A stretch of DNA of 64,000 nt from Alphaproteobacteria bacterium (lineage in GTDB: Bacteria; Pseudomonadota; Alphaproteobacteria; Rs-D84; CACZYB01). A model generated the notes under the pieces. That model did not search any database, was not told where the DNA came from, and saw only the letters and a program-made list of their open reading frames with translations. Shown piece after piece: positions 9,076 to 19,824 of this stretch (positions are counted from its first letter, which is position 1; the number at the start of each line of letters is the position of its first letter). The translations under genes and the position numbers were made by a program. Location: assembly GCA_017938435.1 (NCBI GenBank), contig JAGBBO010000027.1, positions 2,264 through 66,263 on the forward strand. The letters are read 5' to 3'.

Positions 9076-12000
9076 TTAAACATTTTCTTCTTTATGGAAC
9101 TTTCTGTGCCACCATTCTTTGAACTTTTTTCTAATCTTCACACCATAAAGTATCATACATGGTGTAACAACCAAAGTAAGAATTGTCGCAAATCCAAGTC
9201 CAAAAATCATAGATTTTGAAAACGCAGACCACATATCCATTGATGGTGCACCAACTGTGATATCCGCATTGATAAAGTCAATATTAACCTTCATTGCCAT
9301 AGGAACAAGTCCCAAAATTGTTGTCACTGTTGTAAGGTAAACAGGACGCAATCTTTGAAGTCCAGTTCTTATAATTGCATCAAATGGATCACTAACTTTA
9401 TCCTTTATCTCATCATACGCATCAATAAGCACAATATTGTTATTAACAACCACACCCGCAAGTGAAACAATCGCAAGTCCAGTCATAACAATAGAGAACG
9501 GATCACGCGTAATTACAAGTCCTAAAATCACACCTATTGTCGAAAGCAAAATCGAAAACAAAATCATAAATGTGGAATAGAAACTATTAAATTGCAATAA
9601 AAGAACAAATCCCATCATAAATACGGCAGCCAAAAATGCTATTCCAATAAAAGATGAACTTTCCTTACTATCTTCATCTTCACCACGGAATTTTACCCTA
9701 ACGCCATTTGGTAATGGATTTTCTTGTATATACTTTTTAAGTTTAGCAACTTTATCAGCAGCAAAATGCCCTACTTCAACATCTGTTGAAACCCTTAACA
9801 CACGACGACCATCAATTCTTTGAACAAGGTTCACTTTGTGCGATGGAATAATATCAACAAATGTAGATATAGGAACTGATGAACCAGATGCAGTCACCAC
9901 ATAAAGATTGTCAATCATATCCAATGCTCTAAACTTCTTTGGGAAACGAACAACAATATCAAGTTCATCATCACTATCAGACGGACGATAAGTAGATACT
10001 GTCGCACCCCTTGTCATCATCTGAACAATACTTCCAATAGATGAAATACTTACACCAAACTTAGCAGCCTGAGCCTTATTGATTCGCATTTCCCATTGAA
10101 TACCAGGAAGAGGTAAAGTATTTTCAGTATTTGCAAAACCACCAATTTTTTCCATCGCAGTTTCAATATACTTATAGCCATCCTCCAAAAGTTTTTGACT
10201 ATCAGAATTTGAAGAAATTTCAATCTCAATAGGTTTTCCAGATTTTGGTCCCTTATCTTCCTTTGCAACTTCCAATACTACACCTGAAACATCAGAAAGT
10301 TTTTCTTCCATTTCTTTAATAATTTTAACAGCTCTTGGTCTATCTTGCCAATCTTTAAGTTCAACCTGAATATACCCAATAACATCCTCTGCAGAACTAT
10401 AAGATTTTGCACCAGTTCTTGAATATACATCCTTAAAATATGGCATAGTGAAAATTCTATTTTCAACCTGTCTAACAAACTCAGTTTTTTCATCAATAGA
10501 AAGATTTCCCCTAGCATGAACATTAACCTTTAAAAAGTCCGGTTCTGCATCTGGGAAAAATTCAACACCAACACCAAATGCACCATAAATAAAAAATGAT
10601 ACAAACAATGCTAACAATATTCCTAAAATAACCTTTCCCGGACGAAGAAGTGCCCAATGCAAAATATTGTAATATACTTTCATATACCCAGTTAACTTTT
10701 CATAATGTCCTGTTTCCGTAGCAATCAAAGCCTCTTTACTTTGTTCACTAACTGCACCTGCCTTACCAAACAATGCACCCAATACAGGAATGAATATCAA
10801 AGCAACAACAAGCGATGCTGAAAGAACACAAATCACAGTCAATGGTAAATATTTAATAAATTCACCAATAATACCAGGCCATAAAAGAAGTGGTGCAAAA
10901 GCAATCAATGTTGTCACAGTAGATGCAATAATAGACAACGCCATTCTACCTGATGCTTCAGAATACGCATCAACCCTATTTGCCCCTTCTTGCATTTTTT
11001 TATCAGCATATTCGGTAACAACAATCGCACCATCAACAAGCATACCAACGGCCAAAATAAGTCCGAACAAAACAACCATATTGATTGTAACGCCTAAACC
11101 ACCCAATAAAAGAATACCTATAAAGAATGATACAGGAATTGAAAAACCGACCAAAAGCCCAGTTCTAATACCCAACATTAACACAACACAAACAATAACC
11201 AAAAGCATTGATGAAATCACATTATTTTGAAGATCAACAAGGTTACTTTTAATCGTTTCTGCTGAATTATTTGTAAGTTTTACAACAACATTATTTGGCA
11301 AAGTTGACCTTGCCTCCTCCAATGCTTTTTGCACAGCAGCAACAGTATTTATCGTATTTCCACCAGAACGTTTTTTAATTTCCAATGAAAGAGATGGTTG
11401 TTTATTCATACGAACATACTGTGTAGCATTCGCAAAATTTCTTCTTACATCTGCAACATCAGAAAGTTTTATCACAGCATCATTTGAAACCTTAATTGGA
11501 AGATTAAGCACATCTTCCACATTTTCAATCAATCCTGGGACCTTTACAGGAAACGCACCGCGTTCTGTTTCAATATTACCTGCTGGAATAAGCATATTAG
11601 AGCCAGCAAAAAATGTTCCCAAATCACTTACTGATAATTTATAAGCATTAAGTTTCGCAGGATCAATAAGTATTTCAACTTGTTCATCGCGTTCACCACC
11701 TATTTCTGCCTCCAAAACTCCTGGTATTGACTCGAACACATCCTGAAGTTCTTCTGCAATATTCATCAAAGTTTTTTCTGGTGCAGAACCATAAATATTA
11801 ACAATAGCAATCGCAAATTCTGATGTATTTATTTCCTTAATAATAGGTTCATCAATACCACTTGGCATATTTGCTTTTGCATCATCAACAGCATCCTTTG
11901 TTTCACGAAGACCTTTTTCAATATCATATCCAGCAATAAAATCAAGTTTTACACGACAATATCCTTCGTAACATTTACTATCAATTTGCTTCAAGCCACT

Positions 12001-12222
12001 TATTGTTTTAAACTCCTTTTCCAAAGGTTTGGCAATAAGTCGTTCTCCATCTTCTGGAGAAATACCAGTATAATTAACAGTTGTAAAAATCATCGGAACT
12101 GCAACATCTGGAAATGATTCTTTTGACATTTTCAAATAAGTTCCAAGCCCAGATACAGTAAGCAATATAAGTGTAAAAATAAATATCCTTGATCTATTTA
12201 CCGCAGCCTTCATAAATGACAT
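9076..12222 (-). CDS. RND efflux permease, AcrB/HAE1 family
   Basis: 1048 aa with 12-TM plus two large periplasmic loops. The full-length fold matches AcrB/MexB. Confidence 0.9.
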   Translation of the reverse strand: MSFMKAAVNRSRIFIFTLILLTVSGLGTYLKMSKESFPDVAVPMIFTTVNYTGISPEDGERLIAKPLEKEFKTISGLKQIDSKCYEGYCRVKLDFIAGYDIEKGLRETKDAVDDAKANMPSGIDEPIIKEINTSEFAIAIVNIYGSAPEKTLMNIAEELQDVFESIPGVLEAEIGGERDEQVEILIDPAKLNAYKLSVSDLGTFFAGSNMLIPAGNIETERGAFPVKVPGLIENVEDVLNLPIKVSNDAVIKLSDVADVRRNFANATQYVRMNKQPSLSLEIKKRSGGNTINTVAAVQKALEEARSTLPNNVVVKLTNNSAETIKSNLVDLQNNVISSMLLVIVCVVLMLGIRTGLLVGFSIPVSFFIGILLLGGLGVTINMVVLFGLILAVGMLVDGAIVVTEYADKKMQEGANRVDAYSEASGRMALSIIASTVTTLIAFAPLLLWPGIIGEFIKYLPLTVICVLSASLVVALIFIPVLGALFGKAGAVSEQSKEALIATETGHYEKLTGYMKVYYNILHWALLRPGKVILGILLALFVSFFIYGAFGVGVEFFPDAEPDFLKVNVHARGNLSIDEKTEFVRQVENRIFTMPYFKDVYSRTGAKSYSSAEDVIGYIQVELKDWQDRPRAVKIIKEMEEKLSDVSGVVLEVAKEDKGPKSGKPIEIEISSNSDSQKLLEDGYKYIETAMEKIGGFANTENTLPLPGIQWEMRINKAQAAKFGVSISSIGSIVQMMTRGATVSTYRPSDSDDELDIVVRFPKKFRALDMIDNLYVVTASGSSVPISTFVDIIPSHKVNLVQRIDGRRVLRVSTDVEVGHFAADKVAKLKKYIQENPLPNGVRVKFRGEDEDSKESSSFIGIAFLAAVFMMGFVLLLQFNSFYSTFMILFSILLSTIGVILGLVITRDPFSIVMTGLAIVSLAGVVVNNNIVLIDAYDEIKDKVSDPFDAIIRTGLQRLRPVYLTTVTTILGLVPMAMKVNIDFINADITVGAPSMDMWSAFSKSMIFGLGFATILTLVVTPCMILYGVKIRKKFKEWWHRKFHKEENV

Positions 12223-12240
12223 AATAAATCTCCTATAAAA

Positions 12241-13362
12241 TTATTTTGTTTCCAATTTTTTTACATCATTAACAAAATGAGGAATAACTTTTTCTCCAGA
12301 TTTAACAAATTCACCACCAGCAACAATAACATTAACTTGCTCTGGCAATCCTGAAACCCAAAGTCCATCTTCCTCTTCCTTAATAATATCTATTGGATAA
12401 AAACCAACAACATTATCATCATTGATTGTTTTTACACCAACACTACCATCATCCCCAAATGTAAGACAAGATGAAGCTTTTAATTTAATAGCAGGAACTG
12501 TATCAAGAGGAAGTTTTATTTCCGCAGTTAAACCCTCAACAATTTTTTCATTTTTATTCGGAGCTTCTAATTCAATTCCAAAAGTTCTTGTTGATGTATT
12601 AGCAATAGATGCAACATAAGTAAGAAGTCCATCAACAACCATTTTATTTGAAAGTTCTACTTTTGCAACAACACCTTTCTTTACTCTGTTTATATACTTT
12701 TCAGGGAGTTGTGCTGAAATTTTAATTGGATTCAAATTAAGGAATACACCAACAGTTGATTCCTTCGAAACATAAGAACCTTTTTCAACATTAAGTTCAT
12801 TGATAACACCATCAAATGGAGCACGAAGTGATGCATATCCAATATCCAATGACATCTGTTGTAATGTAGCAGTTGCACTTCTGTAATTTGCTTCGTTTGC
12901 AACAAATTCAACCTTTGAAATCAAACCTTGTTCCAAAAGACTTACTGCTGTATTATATTCAATCTCAGCCTTATCTTTTGCAGCCTGTGCCGCAGCAAGT
13001 TTTGCAATTCTATCTTCCATCTTTATAGTAAGGATTACATCACCTTTTTTAACATATTCACCTTTTTTTCTAAATATTGTTTCAACAATACCCGCAGTCC
13101 TTACCTTCAAATTAACTTTTTCACTTGCCTCTGTATGCCCAAAAACAAGAATATCTGAAACAACATTTCTTTGTGAAAGTTTTTCTACATCAACTTTTAC
13201 AAGTTCCGGTTGCACTACAACATCAACCTTTTTTGTATTAAACGCTAATCCATACAAAAACCATACAACAATAAGAATTAAAATAATCCATAAAAATTGA
13301 TATGAACTTTTTTGTTTTCCAAACTTTGAATTAACATATCTATACTTTAATTGATTTATCAT
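12241..13362 (-). CDS. RND efflux periplasmic adaptor (membrane-fusion protein, AcrA/HlyD family)
   Basis: N-terminal membrane anchor, coiled-coil/lipoyl/beta-barrel architecture. Immediately upstream of the AcrB-like gene. Confidence 0.8.
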   Translation of the reverse strand: MINQLKYRYVNSKFGKQKSSYQFLWIILILIVVWFLYGLAFNTKKVDVVVQPELVKVDVEKLSQRNVVSDILVFGHTEASEKVNLKVRTAGIVETIFRKKGEYVKKGDVILTIKMEDRIAKLAAAQAAKDKAEIEYNTAVSLLEQGLISKVEFVANEANYRSATATLQQMSLDIGYASLRAPFDGVINELNVEKGSYVSKESTVGVFLNLNPIKISAQLPEKYINRVKKGVVAKVELSNKMVVDGLLTYVASIANTSTRTFGIELEAPNKNEKIVEGLTAEIKLPLDTVPAIKLKASSCLTFGDDGSVGVKTINDDNVVGFYPIDIIKEEEDGLWVSGLPEQVNVIVAGGEFVKSGEKVIPHFVNDVKKLETK

Positions 13363-13508
13363 TTTTTATCCTCTTTTTTATAAAAAAATTTCTTGCTAAT
13401 ATGAAATCCAGAGTATATGCTTTTAAATATCATTTGTAAATAGAAAAAAACTTTATTGGCTATAAGTTTTCTACTATCTGTCAACTATTGAAAAAAAGAG
13501 GATAAAAT

Positions 13509-15908
13509 ATGACAAAAGAATATAATTTCAAAGAAATTGAGAAAAAATGGCAACAAAAATGGGAAAATGAAAAAACATTCAAGGTTGAAATCGACAATTC
13601 AAAACCGAAATATTTCTCTCTCTTTGAATTTCCATATCCATCTGGTGCTGGTCTTCATGTTGGTCATCCTCGTTCATTCACTGCAATGGATGTGATTTCA
13701 AGAAAACGCCGTATGCAGGGATATAATGTTTTATTCCCTATTGGATTTGATGCCTTTGGTCTTCCAACAGAAAGATATGCGATTAAAAATCATATTCATC
13801 CTGCCGTTGCAACAAAACAAAATGTTGACAATTTTACAAAACAACTAAAAATGCTTGGATATTCATTTGATTGGGACAGAGTTATCAATACAACCGATCC
13901 CGAATATTATAAATGGACACAATGGATGTTTATACAATTTGTAAAAGCAGGACTTGCATACAAAGGTGAAGAAACTATTTGGTGGTGTCCAGAATGTAAA
14001 ATTGGTATTTCAAACGAAGAACTTGAAAATGGACATTGCGAAAGATGTGGAAGTGAAGTTGTAAAGAAAAAGAAATCTGCATGGATTTTAAAAATGCAAT
14101 CTTACTCTGATAAACTTCTTGAAGGTTTAAAAGAAGTTGATTTTCCAGACAGTGTTAAAAAAATGCAATCAGAATGGATTGGAAAATCTGTTGGTGCAGA
14201 AATTGATTTTTCACTTACCAATACAGATGAAAAATTAAAAGTATTCACAACAAGACCTGATACAATTTTTGGTGCGACATATATGGTAGTTGCACCTGAA
14301 CATCCATTGATTGAAAAACTTTCATCATCAATAAAAAATATGGAAGATATTAAAAATTATCAAAAACTTTCTGCACAAAAATCCGATATGGATAGAAGTA
14401 TGGCAAAGGATAAAACCGGCGTTCAAATTGATGGAATTTCTGCAATAAATCCATTCACAAACAAAGAAATGCCTATTTTTATTTCTGACTATGTTTTAAT
14501 GGGTTACGGAACTGGTGCAATTATGGCTGTTCCTGCACACGATGAACGCGACTATGATTTTGCAAAGGAATTCAAACTCCCTATCATCGAAGTTTTAAAA
14601 GGTGGTAATATTGAAACCGAAGCCTATACCGAAGATGGTGAGCATATAAATTCTGAATTCTTAAACGGTATGAATAAACAAGATGCAATCAATACTATAA
14701 TCAAAAAAGTTGAAGAAATGGGTATTGGTAAAGCATCAGTAAAATACCGTATGAAAGATTGGGTCTTCACTCGTCAAAGATATTGGGGCGAACCAATTCC
14801 AATGGTCCATTGTGAAAAATGTGGCTGGGTTCCATTGGATGAAAAGGATTTACCATTAACACTTCCAGAAGTTGATGATTATATGCCAACTGATGAAGGT
14901 TTATCCCCACTTGCAAAGGCAACCGATTGGATAAACACAACTTGCCCTCATTGTGGTGGGCATGCAACTCGTGAAACTGATACTATGCCAACATGGGCTG
15001 GTTCATCATGGTATTATTTAAGATATATGGACCCACATAATGACAAAGAATTTGCTTCAAAAGAAGCATTAAATTATTGGGGTCAAGTTGATTGGTACGA
15101 AGGCGGTGCCGAACATGTAACTCGCCATTTACTATACTCTCGTTTCTGGCACAAAGCATTATATGATATCGGACTTTTACCACACGACGAACCATACGCA
15201 AAACGTTCACTTCATGGAATGATTTTGGCTGAAAATGGCGAAAAAATGAGTAAGTCAAAAGGAAATGTTATAAACCCTGATGACATTGTTTCAAAATACG
15301 GTGCCGATACACTTCGTATGTATGAAATGTTCATTGGTCCATTTGATCAGGCAGCAATGTGGTCAACAAATTCTGTTGCTGGAATTTCAAGATTTTTGGC
15401 TAGGGTTTATGATTTAAGTGAAAAAGTTGGCAATGCAAAGATGAGTGAAAAGGATACCATCGCAATGCACCAAGCAATCAAGGATGTATCCGAACGCATC
15501 GAAGATATGAAATTCAATACTGCAGTTTCTGCACTTATGATTTTCTCAAATCACATGGGTTCATTGGAAATTATTCCGTCCGAAATGTTTGAAACATTCC
15601 TTAAACTCCTATCACCATTTGCACCACACATCGCAAACGAGTTATGGGAACAAATCGGTAAAAAATCAACACTTGATTTTGAACCATGGCCACAATTTGA
15701 TGAAAAAGCATTGGTTGCATCAAATGTAAATATTGTGATTTCAGTCAACGGTAAAAAACGCGCCGAAGCCGAAATCCCAGTTGACCTTCCAAATGCCGAA
15801 GTTGAAAAGTTTGTTCTTTCACTTGACGGAATAAAGAAATATTTTGGCGACAAAGAACCGAAGAAAATAATCATCGTTCCAAACAAACTTGTAAATATAG
15901 TGGTATAA
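13509..15908 (+). CDS. leuS: leucine--tRNA ligase
   Basis: HVGHP (HIGH) and KMSKSKGN motifs, 799 aa, leucyl-specific domain layout. Confidence 0.95.
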   Translation: MTKEYNFKEIEKKWQQKWENEKTFKVEIDNSKPKYFSLFEFPYPSGAGLHVGHPRSFTAMDVISRKRRMQGYNVLFPIGFDAFGLPTERYAIKNHIHPAVATKQNVDNFTKQLKMLGYSFDWDRVINTTDPEYYKWTQWMFIQFVKAGLAYKGEETIWWCPECKIGISNEELENGHCERCGSEVVKKKKSAWILKMQSYSDKLLEGLKEVDFPDSVKKMQSEWIGKSVGAEIDFSLTNTDEKLKVFTTRPDTIFGATYMVVAPEHPLIEKLSSSIKNMEDIKNYQKLSAQKSDMDRSMAKDKTGVQIDGISAINPFTNKEMPIFISDYVLMGYGTGAIMAVPAHDERDYDFAKEFKLPIIEVLKGGNIETEAYTEDGEHINSEFLNGMNKQDAINTIIKKVEEMGIGKASVKYRMKDWVFTRQRYWGEPIPMVHCEKCGWVPLDEKDLPLTLPEVDDYMPTDEGLSPLAKATDWINTTCPHCGGHATRETDTMPTWAGSSWYYLRYMDPHNDKEFASKEALNYWGQVDWYEGGAEHVTRHLLYSRFWHKALYDIGLLPHDEPYAKRSLHGMILAENGEKMSKSKGNVINPDDIVSKYGADTLRMYEMFIGPFDQAAMWSTNSVAGISRFLARVYDLSEKVGNAKMSEKDTIAMHQAIKDVSERIEDMKFNTAVSALMIFSNHMGSLEIIPSEMFETFLKLLSPFAPHIANELWEQIGKKSTLDFEPWPQFDEKALVASNVNIVISVNGKKRAEAEIPVDLPNAEVEKFVLSLDGIKKYFGDKEPKKIIIVPNKLVNIVV

Positions 15909-15931
15909 AAAATTCAAACAACCGCTTGAAT

Positions 15932-15969
15932 AAAAAAAACTCCCCACCGAAATGGTGGGGAAAATTTTT
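15932..15969. terminator. bidirectional rho-independent terminator after leuS
   Basis: A8-ctccccacc-gaaat-ggtgggg-aaaaTTTTT. Confidence 0.7.
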
Positions 15970-15986
15970 GGTTATCTTTTATTTTA

Positions 15987-16262
15987 TTACTCAGCACAAA
16001 CACAACTTTGGAACACTTGTATTTCTGTTATTCCCAGTTGATTATTATAATTAGATATAATATTTTTCAATGCACTTACATCACAACTTCCATTATAAGA
16101 ATCTAAAAAACGTTTCCACACATCTACACCGCCTTTATCAAACGAGTAAGGTAATTTAGAAGAAATAAACATATCACATACTATTTCTTCGGAAGATTTG
16201 GATGATGAAGCGTTTATAGTATTTTGAAAACCAGCCCTAGATGTTGAAGCACTAATACTCAA
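15987..16262 (-). other. in-frame continuation (91 codons, Cys-containing) of the 16266..18638 gene downstream of its TGA
   Basis: Same reading frame, one sense codon after the TGA. A 92-codon open frame is very unlikely by chance in roughly 30% GC DNA. Either a nonsense pseudogene or a recoded/readthrough gene. Confidence 0.5.
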
Positions 16263-16265
16263 AGA

Positions 16266-18638
16266 TCAATTATTGCTTTTAACAGCATTAACCGCACCAT
16301 AATTTGCATTTTGATTAAATGTTAAATTACCACAATTCGCAGCCCGTTTTCTATTCAATACTGTTTCCAAAGATTTATCCTCACTATCATCAGTCCAAAA
16401 ACTTCTGACACATTGTCTTCCACCAGGGGTATTAGCAACAAATTGAAGACAACCTTTTCCTAAAATTTTCTCTTTGTATCCATTCCTTGCATTATACTTA
16501 TCTTCACAAATTTTTGCAGACACTTCCCCAGCACAAATACAGTCTTTTGCCGCAACCATTGACTTTTGTAAAACAGCATTACTCATACCAATACAATTAT
16601 TTCCACGACAAGCACCAGATTCATAATCAGACAAAGTTTTTTCAACTTTATTTTTCAAGCATTTTGAATAAATTTCATCACTTTTATGATTTTGAATAAA
16701 CTCTTTCCAACCATTTCTACTTGTTTCCCCACCATTAGTACTTGGCACTTGAGAACACAAATCAGATGAATATTCTGTTTTTTGTTCTGATGATTGACTT
16801 GTTTTAGAATCAAGACAACAATCTCTTCCTCCATCACAAAGTTTGTATCCACTTTGACATTCAGCAGGAGCACAAGCATTCCTAGCCTCAACCCAATCCC
16901 ATCTTTTTACTGAGTCAGTTGCCTCTTTATTTGCACATTTATCATTCGAAGGAGTACTATCACTCTGACAAAGACAATTTCTATAATCTTTCATATTAGC
17001 AGATAAAGCACCATCCAATGTCCACCTTGTTTGATCATTCCATTTTCCAAGAGTATCTTTAACACTTTCATAACCACATCTACAATTTCCAGTAGAAACA
17101 TACTTTTCAACAAAACTTTTCCACCCAGAGATATTTCCGGTTTCCCCAGTTGGAACATCACTACACTTTGCTTCAAGTTTATCTCCTTTAGGAGCTTCAC
17201 CTTTGCATCTATCCAAACAGGTTTCCTTTATCAAAGCAGAAAGTTCCTCTTTATAATCATTTCCAAACCTTGAATACTTAGTTTTGAATATAGAATTCAA
17301 ATCCGTACCGTTATCGTTGTTTAACTTCATTTTATACCATTTATCGTAAACACCACGGCTTGGACCAGTGCAGAAAAACTCTTCACTATCAGTATTTCTG
17401 TAATAATATCTTGTCTTACAATTTGGGAAAAATACTTCACAAACGCCATCAATACCCTTTGATGGAGACCACATTGTATATGTAGTTTTTGCCTTTGAGC
17501 ACTCAGTATTTTCAACCTTTGGAGCTGGCTCTGGTTCTGTTTTTAAATCAGAAGTTGACTTTGAATCCGTAGGTGTTTCATCCTTTTTCTGTTGAACTTT
17601 CTTTTCCCCAATCCAATTATTTCCGATATTAAGCCCAATAAATGTTTCTTGCTTATCATCCTGAGCCTTTACACAAGTACTTGAATTTCTACCTACAAAA
17701 TAACCTTCCTTACAAACAATTCTACAATCAGGATTACCTCCTTTTTTATATGACCAATAAAGTCCCCCAACAGGAAGTGGCGAATTTACACAATCACTTT
17801 CCCTAAACCATTGATTAACAACCTTGTCTGCAGATTGTTCTCCAATAGCTTTTGCCTCGGCCTCTAATGCAATCATTTGAGAATTAGAATGACTATCTAA
17901 ATCATATTCATTTACTTTTGTGAGTTTATAATCCTCTGCACCACAAGCAAGTTCAGCCATTTCTGTATATCCAACCAATGTTGCATCCACAACTTGACGC
18001 CAATTTTCTCGTTTCTGAGTATTTTGACCAGTCAATCTTAAATCTTCCAATGCCCCAACATTTGAATCTCCATAATCCCCAGCTTGATAAAAACGATTAA
18101 GCATATAACTATCGCCACTTGCTTCAAATCCACAAAGTGAATCAAGTTCATTATAAAGTTCAACCGAAGATGAACCATCAGACGAAATCATTGCGGTATA
18201 ACATTTTTTCGCTGCCTGTAATGCCCTTGTTGCTTTAGCACATTCTGTCGAATTTTTCTTTAACCCAGTTTCAATAGTTCCCTTGCTATTAAGAAGAGAA
18301 ACAATTCTATTATAAGAATAAGTTTTACAACCATTTTGCAAATCAAGTTGTTTTATAACAGCCCTTGTTGCTAAACAATCTTCAACATTAACTAAAATTG
18401 TCGATGCAGGCTCAGCACCACATTTTGAATACACCCCCTCATTCAAAGTTTTTTTATCAAAACAATATCTTGAAAAACAATAATCAATATCTATATTACA
18501 TTGATCCTGTGTTGGTGTTGTATAAGTAACGGTTTTCGAAGCAGAAGAAATTCTTCTTGTTGAGCTTTTTCTTGTTGCAGAAATTGCATTTTCAGAAAAA
18601 CATAACAATACTAAAAACAATGGTAATAATTTTTTCAA
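16266..18638 (-). CDS. large secreted Cys-rich protein (N-terminal 790 codons of an interrupted frame)
   Basis: Signal peptide MKKLLPLFLVLLCFSENAISA. More than 40 Cys. Ends at a single TGA that is in frame with ORF 15987..16262. Confidence 0.6.
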   Translation of the reverse strand: MKKLLPLFLVLLCFSENAISATRKSSTRRISSASKTVTYTTPTQDQCNIDIDYCFSRYCFDKKTLNEGVYSKCGAEPASTILVNVEDCLATRAVIKQLDLQNGCKTYSYNRIVSLLNSKGTIETGLKKNSTECAKATRALQAAKKCYTAMISSDGSSSVELYNELDSLCGFEASGDSYMLNRFYQAGDYGDSNVGALEDLRLTGQNTQKRENWRQVVDATLVGYTEMAELACGAEDYKLTKVNEYDLDSHSNSQMIALEAEAKAIGEQSADKVVNQWFRESDCVNSPLPVGGLYWSYKKGGNPDCRIVCKEGYFVGRNSSTCVKAQDDKQETFIGLNIGNNWIGEKKVQQKKDETPTDSKSTSDLKTEPEPAPKVENTECSKAKTTYTMWSPSKGIDGVCEVFFPNCKTRYYYRNTDSEEFFCTGPSRGVYDKWYKMKLNNDNGTDLNSIFKTKYSRFGNDYKEELSALIKETCLDRCKGEAPKGDKLEAKCSDVPTGETGNISGWKSFVEKYVSTGNCRCGYESVKDTLGKWNDQTRWTLDGALSANMKDYRNCLCQSDSTPSNDKCANKEATDSVKRWDWVEARNACAPAECQSGYKLCDGGRDCCLDSKTSQSSEQKTEYSSDLCSQVPSTNGGETSRNGWKEFIQNHKSDEIYSKCLKNKVEKTLSDYESGACRGNNCIGMSNAVLQKSMVAAKDCICAGEVSAKICEDKYNARNGYKEKILGKGCLQFVANTPGGRQCVRSFWTDDSEDKSLETVLNRKRAANCGNLTFNQNANYGAVNAVKSNN

Positions 18639-18750
18639 TTTATCTCTCCTATATACTTATATAATAATATAACATAAAAACAACTTTCTCAATAAAAAAA
18701 TAGACATATCAAATTTAATTGCTATAATTTATTACAAAGGAGAAATTAAA

Positions 18751-19194
18751 ATGAAAAAAATACTAATTTTAGGTTTGGCATTAACACTTTGTGCATGTAT
18801 CACAAAAGAATACCGCGGTGGCGTTCCAATCCGTGAAAGCCAAAAAGAACAAATAAAAAATGCCAACACAAAACGCGATGTAATTGAAATTCTTGGTTCT
18901 CCTGCTGCAACAAATTTTGTTGGGCCTGAAAAATGGTACTATTACACATCCGAAGGTGAAGTTTGGGCTTTTCTTGACCCAAAATTTTCAAAATACGATA
19001 TTCTAACAATAAGTTTTGATGGTTCAGATAATATCAAAGAAGTAAAACTTTCAAATCTTGCGAACAAAGAAATTGCACAAAACGAAGACGAAAAAACCGA
19101 ACTTCCATCAGATATAAAGTTAGGTTTCTTTGCCGAACTCTTTGGCAATATCGGAAGATTTAATACTGCTGGAACATCAACACCAACAAATTAA
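18751..19194 (+). CDS. BamE/SmpA-OmlA-like outer-membrane lipoprotein
   Basis: Lipobox LCAC. The motif ILGSP...PEKWYYY resembles the BamE fold. Low-complexity C-terminal tail. Confidence 0.5.
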   Translation: MKKILILGLALTLCACITKEYRGGVPIRESQKEQIKNANTKRDVIEILGSPAATNFVGPEKWYYYTSEGEVWAFLDPKFSKYDILTISFDGSDNIKEVKLSNLANKEIAQNEDEKTELPSDIKLGFFAELFGNIGRFNTAGTSTPTN

Positions 19195-19821
19195 CTAAAG
19201 TTTTAAAATAGATTCCAAAACTCTACCATACTTATGGTAATGTGTTTCTGTTGGATTGCAAAGGAAATCCGAAAGTCCAAGTTGTTTTTCAGACATTTCA
19301 TATTTACCATCTTCCTTTACAAAAACACTTGCTGAAATTTTATCTATCTCCCCCTTAAATAAAGAAAGAGCTTCTTTTATATCAACCTCAACTATACCAT
19401 CCAATTCCTCTTCTTGTGGTTTATAAGAAGAAAGTGGCAAATCACAAAATGCAACAAACACATTACAAAAAACCCTGTCATGATAAGGCATTCCATTCTT
19501 TTTTATAAAATCAGTTGTATAAATTTGTTCAAAAAGTTTTTGAGGTTTTGGAACAGCAATTCCTAACTCCTCAGAAACTTCTCTTGCAAAAGCATCGTGC
19601 AAACTTTCACCAGCCTTTATATGTCCACTCGCAGTAGTATAAAGTTTATTAGGATTATCAAGTAAATTACTTGAACGCTTTTGAAATAAAATATGATTCC
19701 TATCCTTTACAATCCAGCAATGAATAGTTTTATGCCAAAGACCTTTTTGATGAACAATATTTCTATCTTCTATTCCTATATGATTTCCATTTTCATCATA
19801 AATATCTAACAGCTCACTCAT
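19195..19821 (-). CDS. NUDIX hydrolase
   Basis: Nudix box GHIKAGESLHDAFAREVSEELGI. Confidence 0.8.
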   Translation of the reverse strand: MSELLDIYDENGNHIGIEDRNIVHQKGLWHKTIHCWIVKDRNHILFQKRSSNLLDNPNKLYTTASGHIKAGESLHDAFAREVSEELGIAVPKPQKLFEQIYTTDFIKKNGMPYHDRVFCNVFVAFCDLPLSSYKPQEEELDGIVEVDIKEALSLFKGEIDKISASVFVKEDGKYEMSEKQLGLSDFLCNPTETHYHKYGRVLESILKL

Positions 19822-19824
19822 ATT

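Noticed and set aside
10790-11230. 146-aa + strand ORF inside the RND permease gene, plus the similar ORFs 10050..10523 (-), 14767..15258 (-) and 15551..15886 (-)
   Set aside because: They are embedded in or antisense to well-supported genes (acrB-like, leuS). No start context or motifs.
16180-16270. Selenocysteine insertion at the in-frame TGA
   Set aside because: No convincing SECIS-like stem-loop lies 10-25 nt downstream of the UGA in the mRNA sense. Left as a low-probability alternative in the finding.
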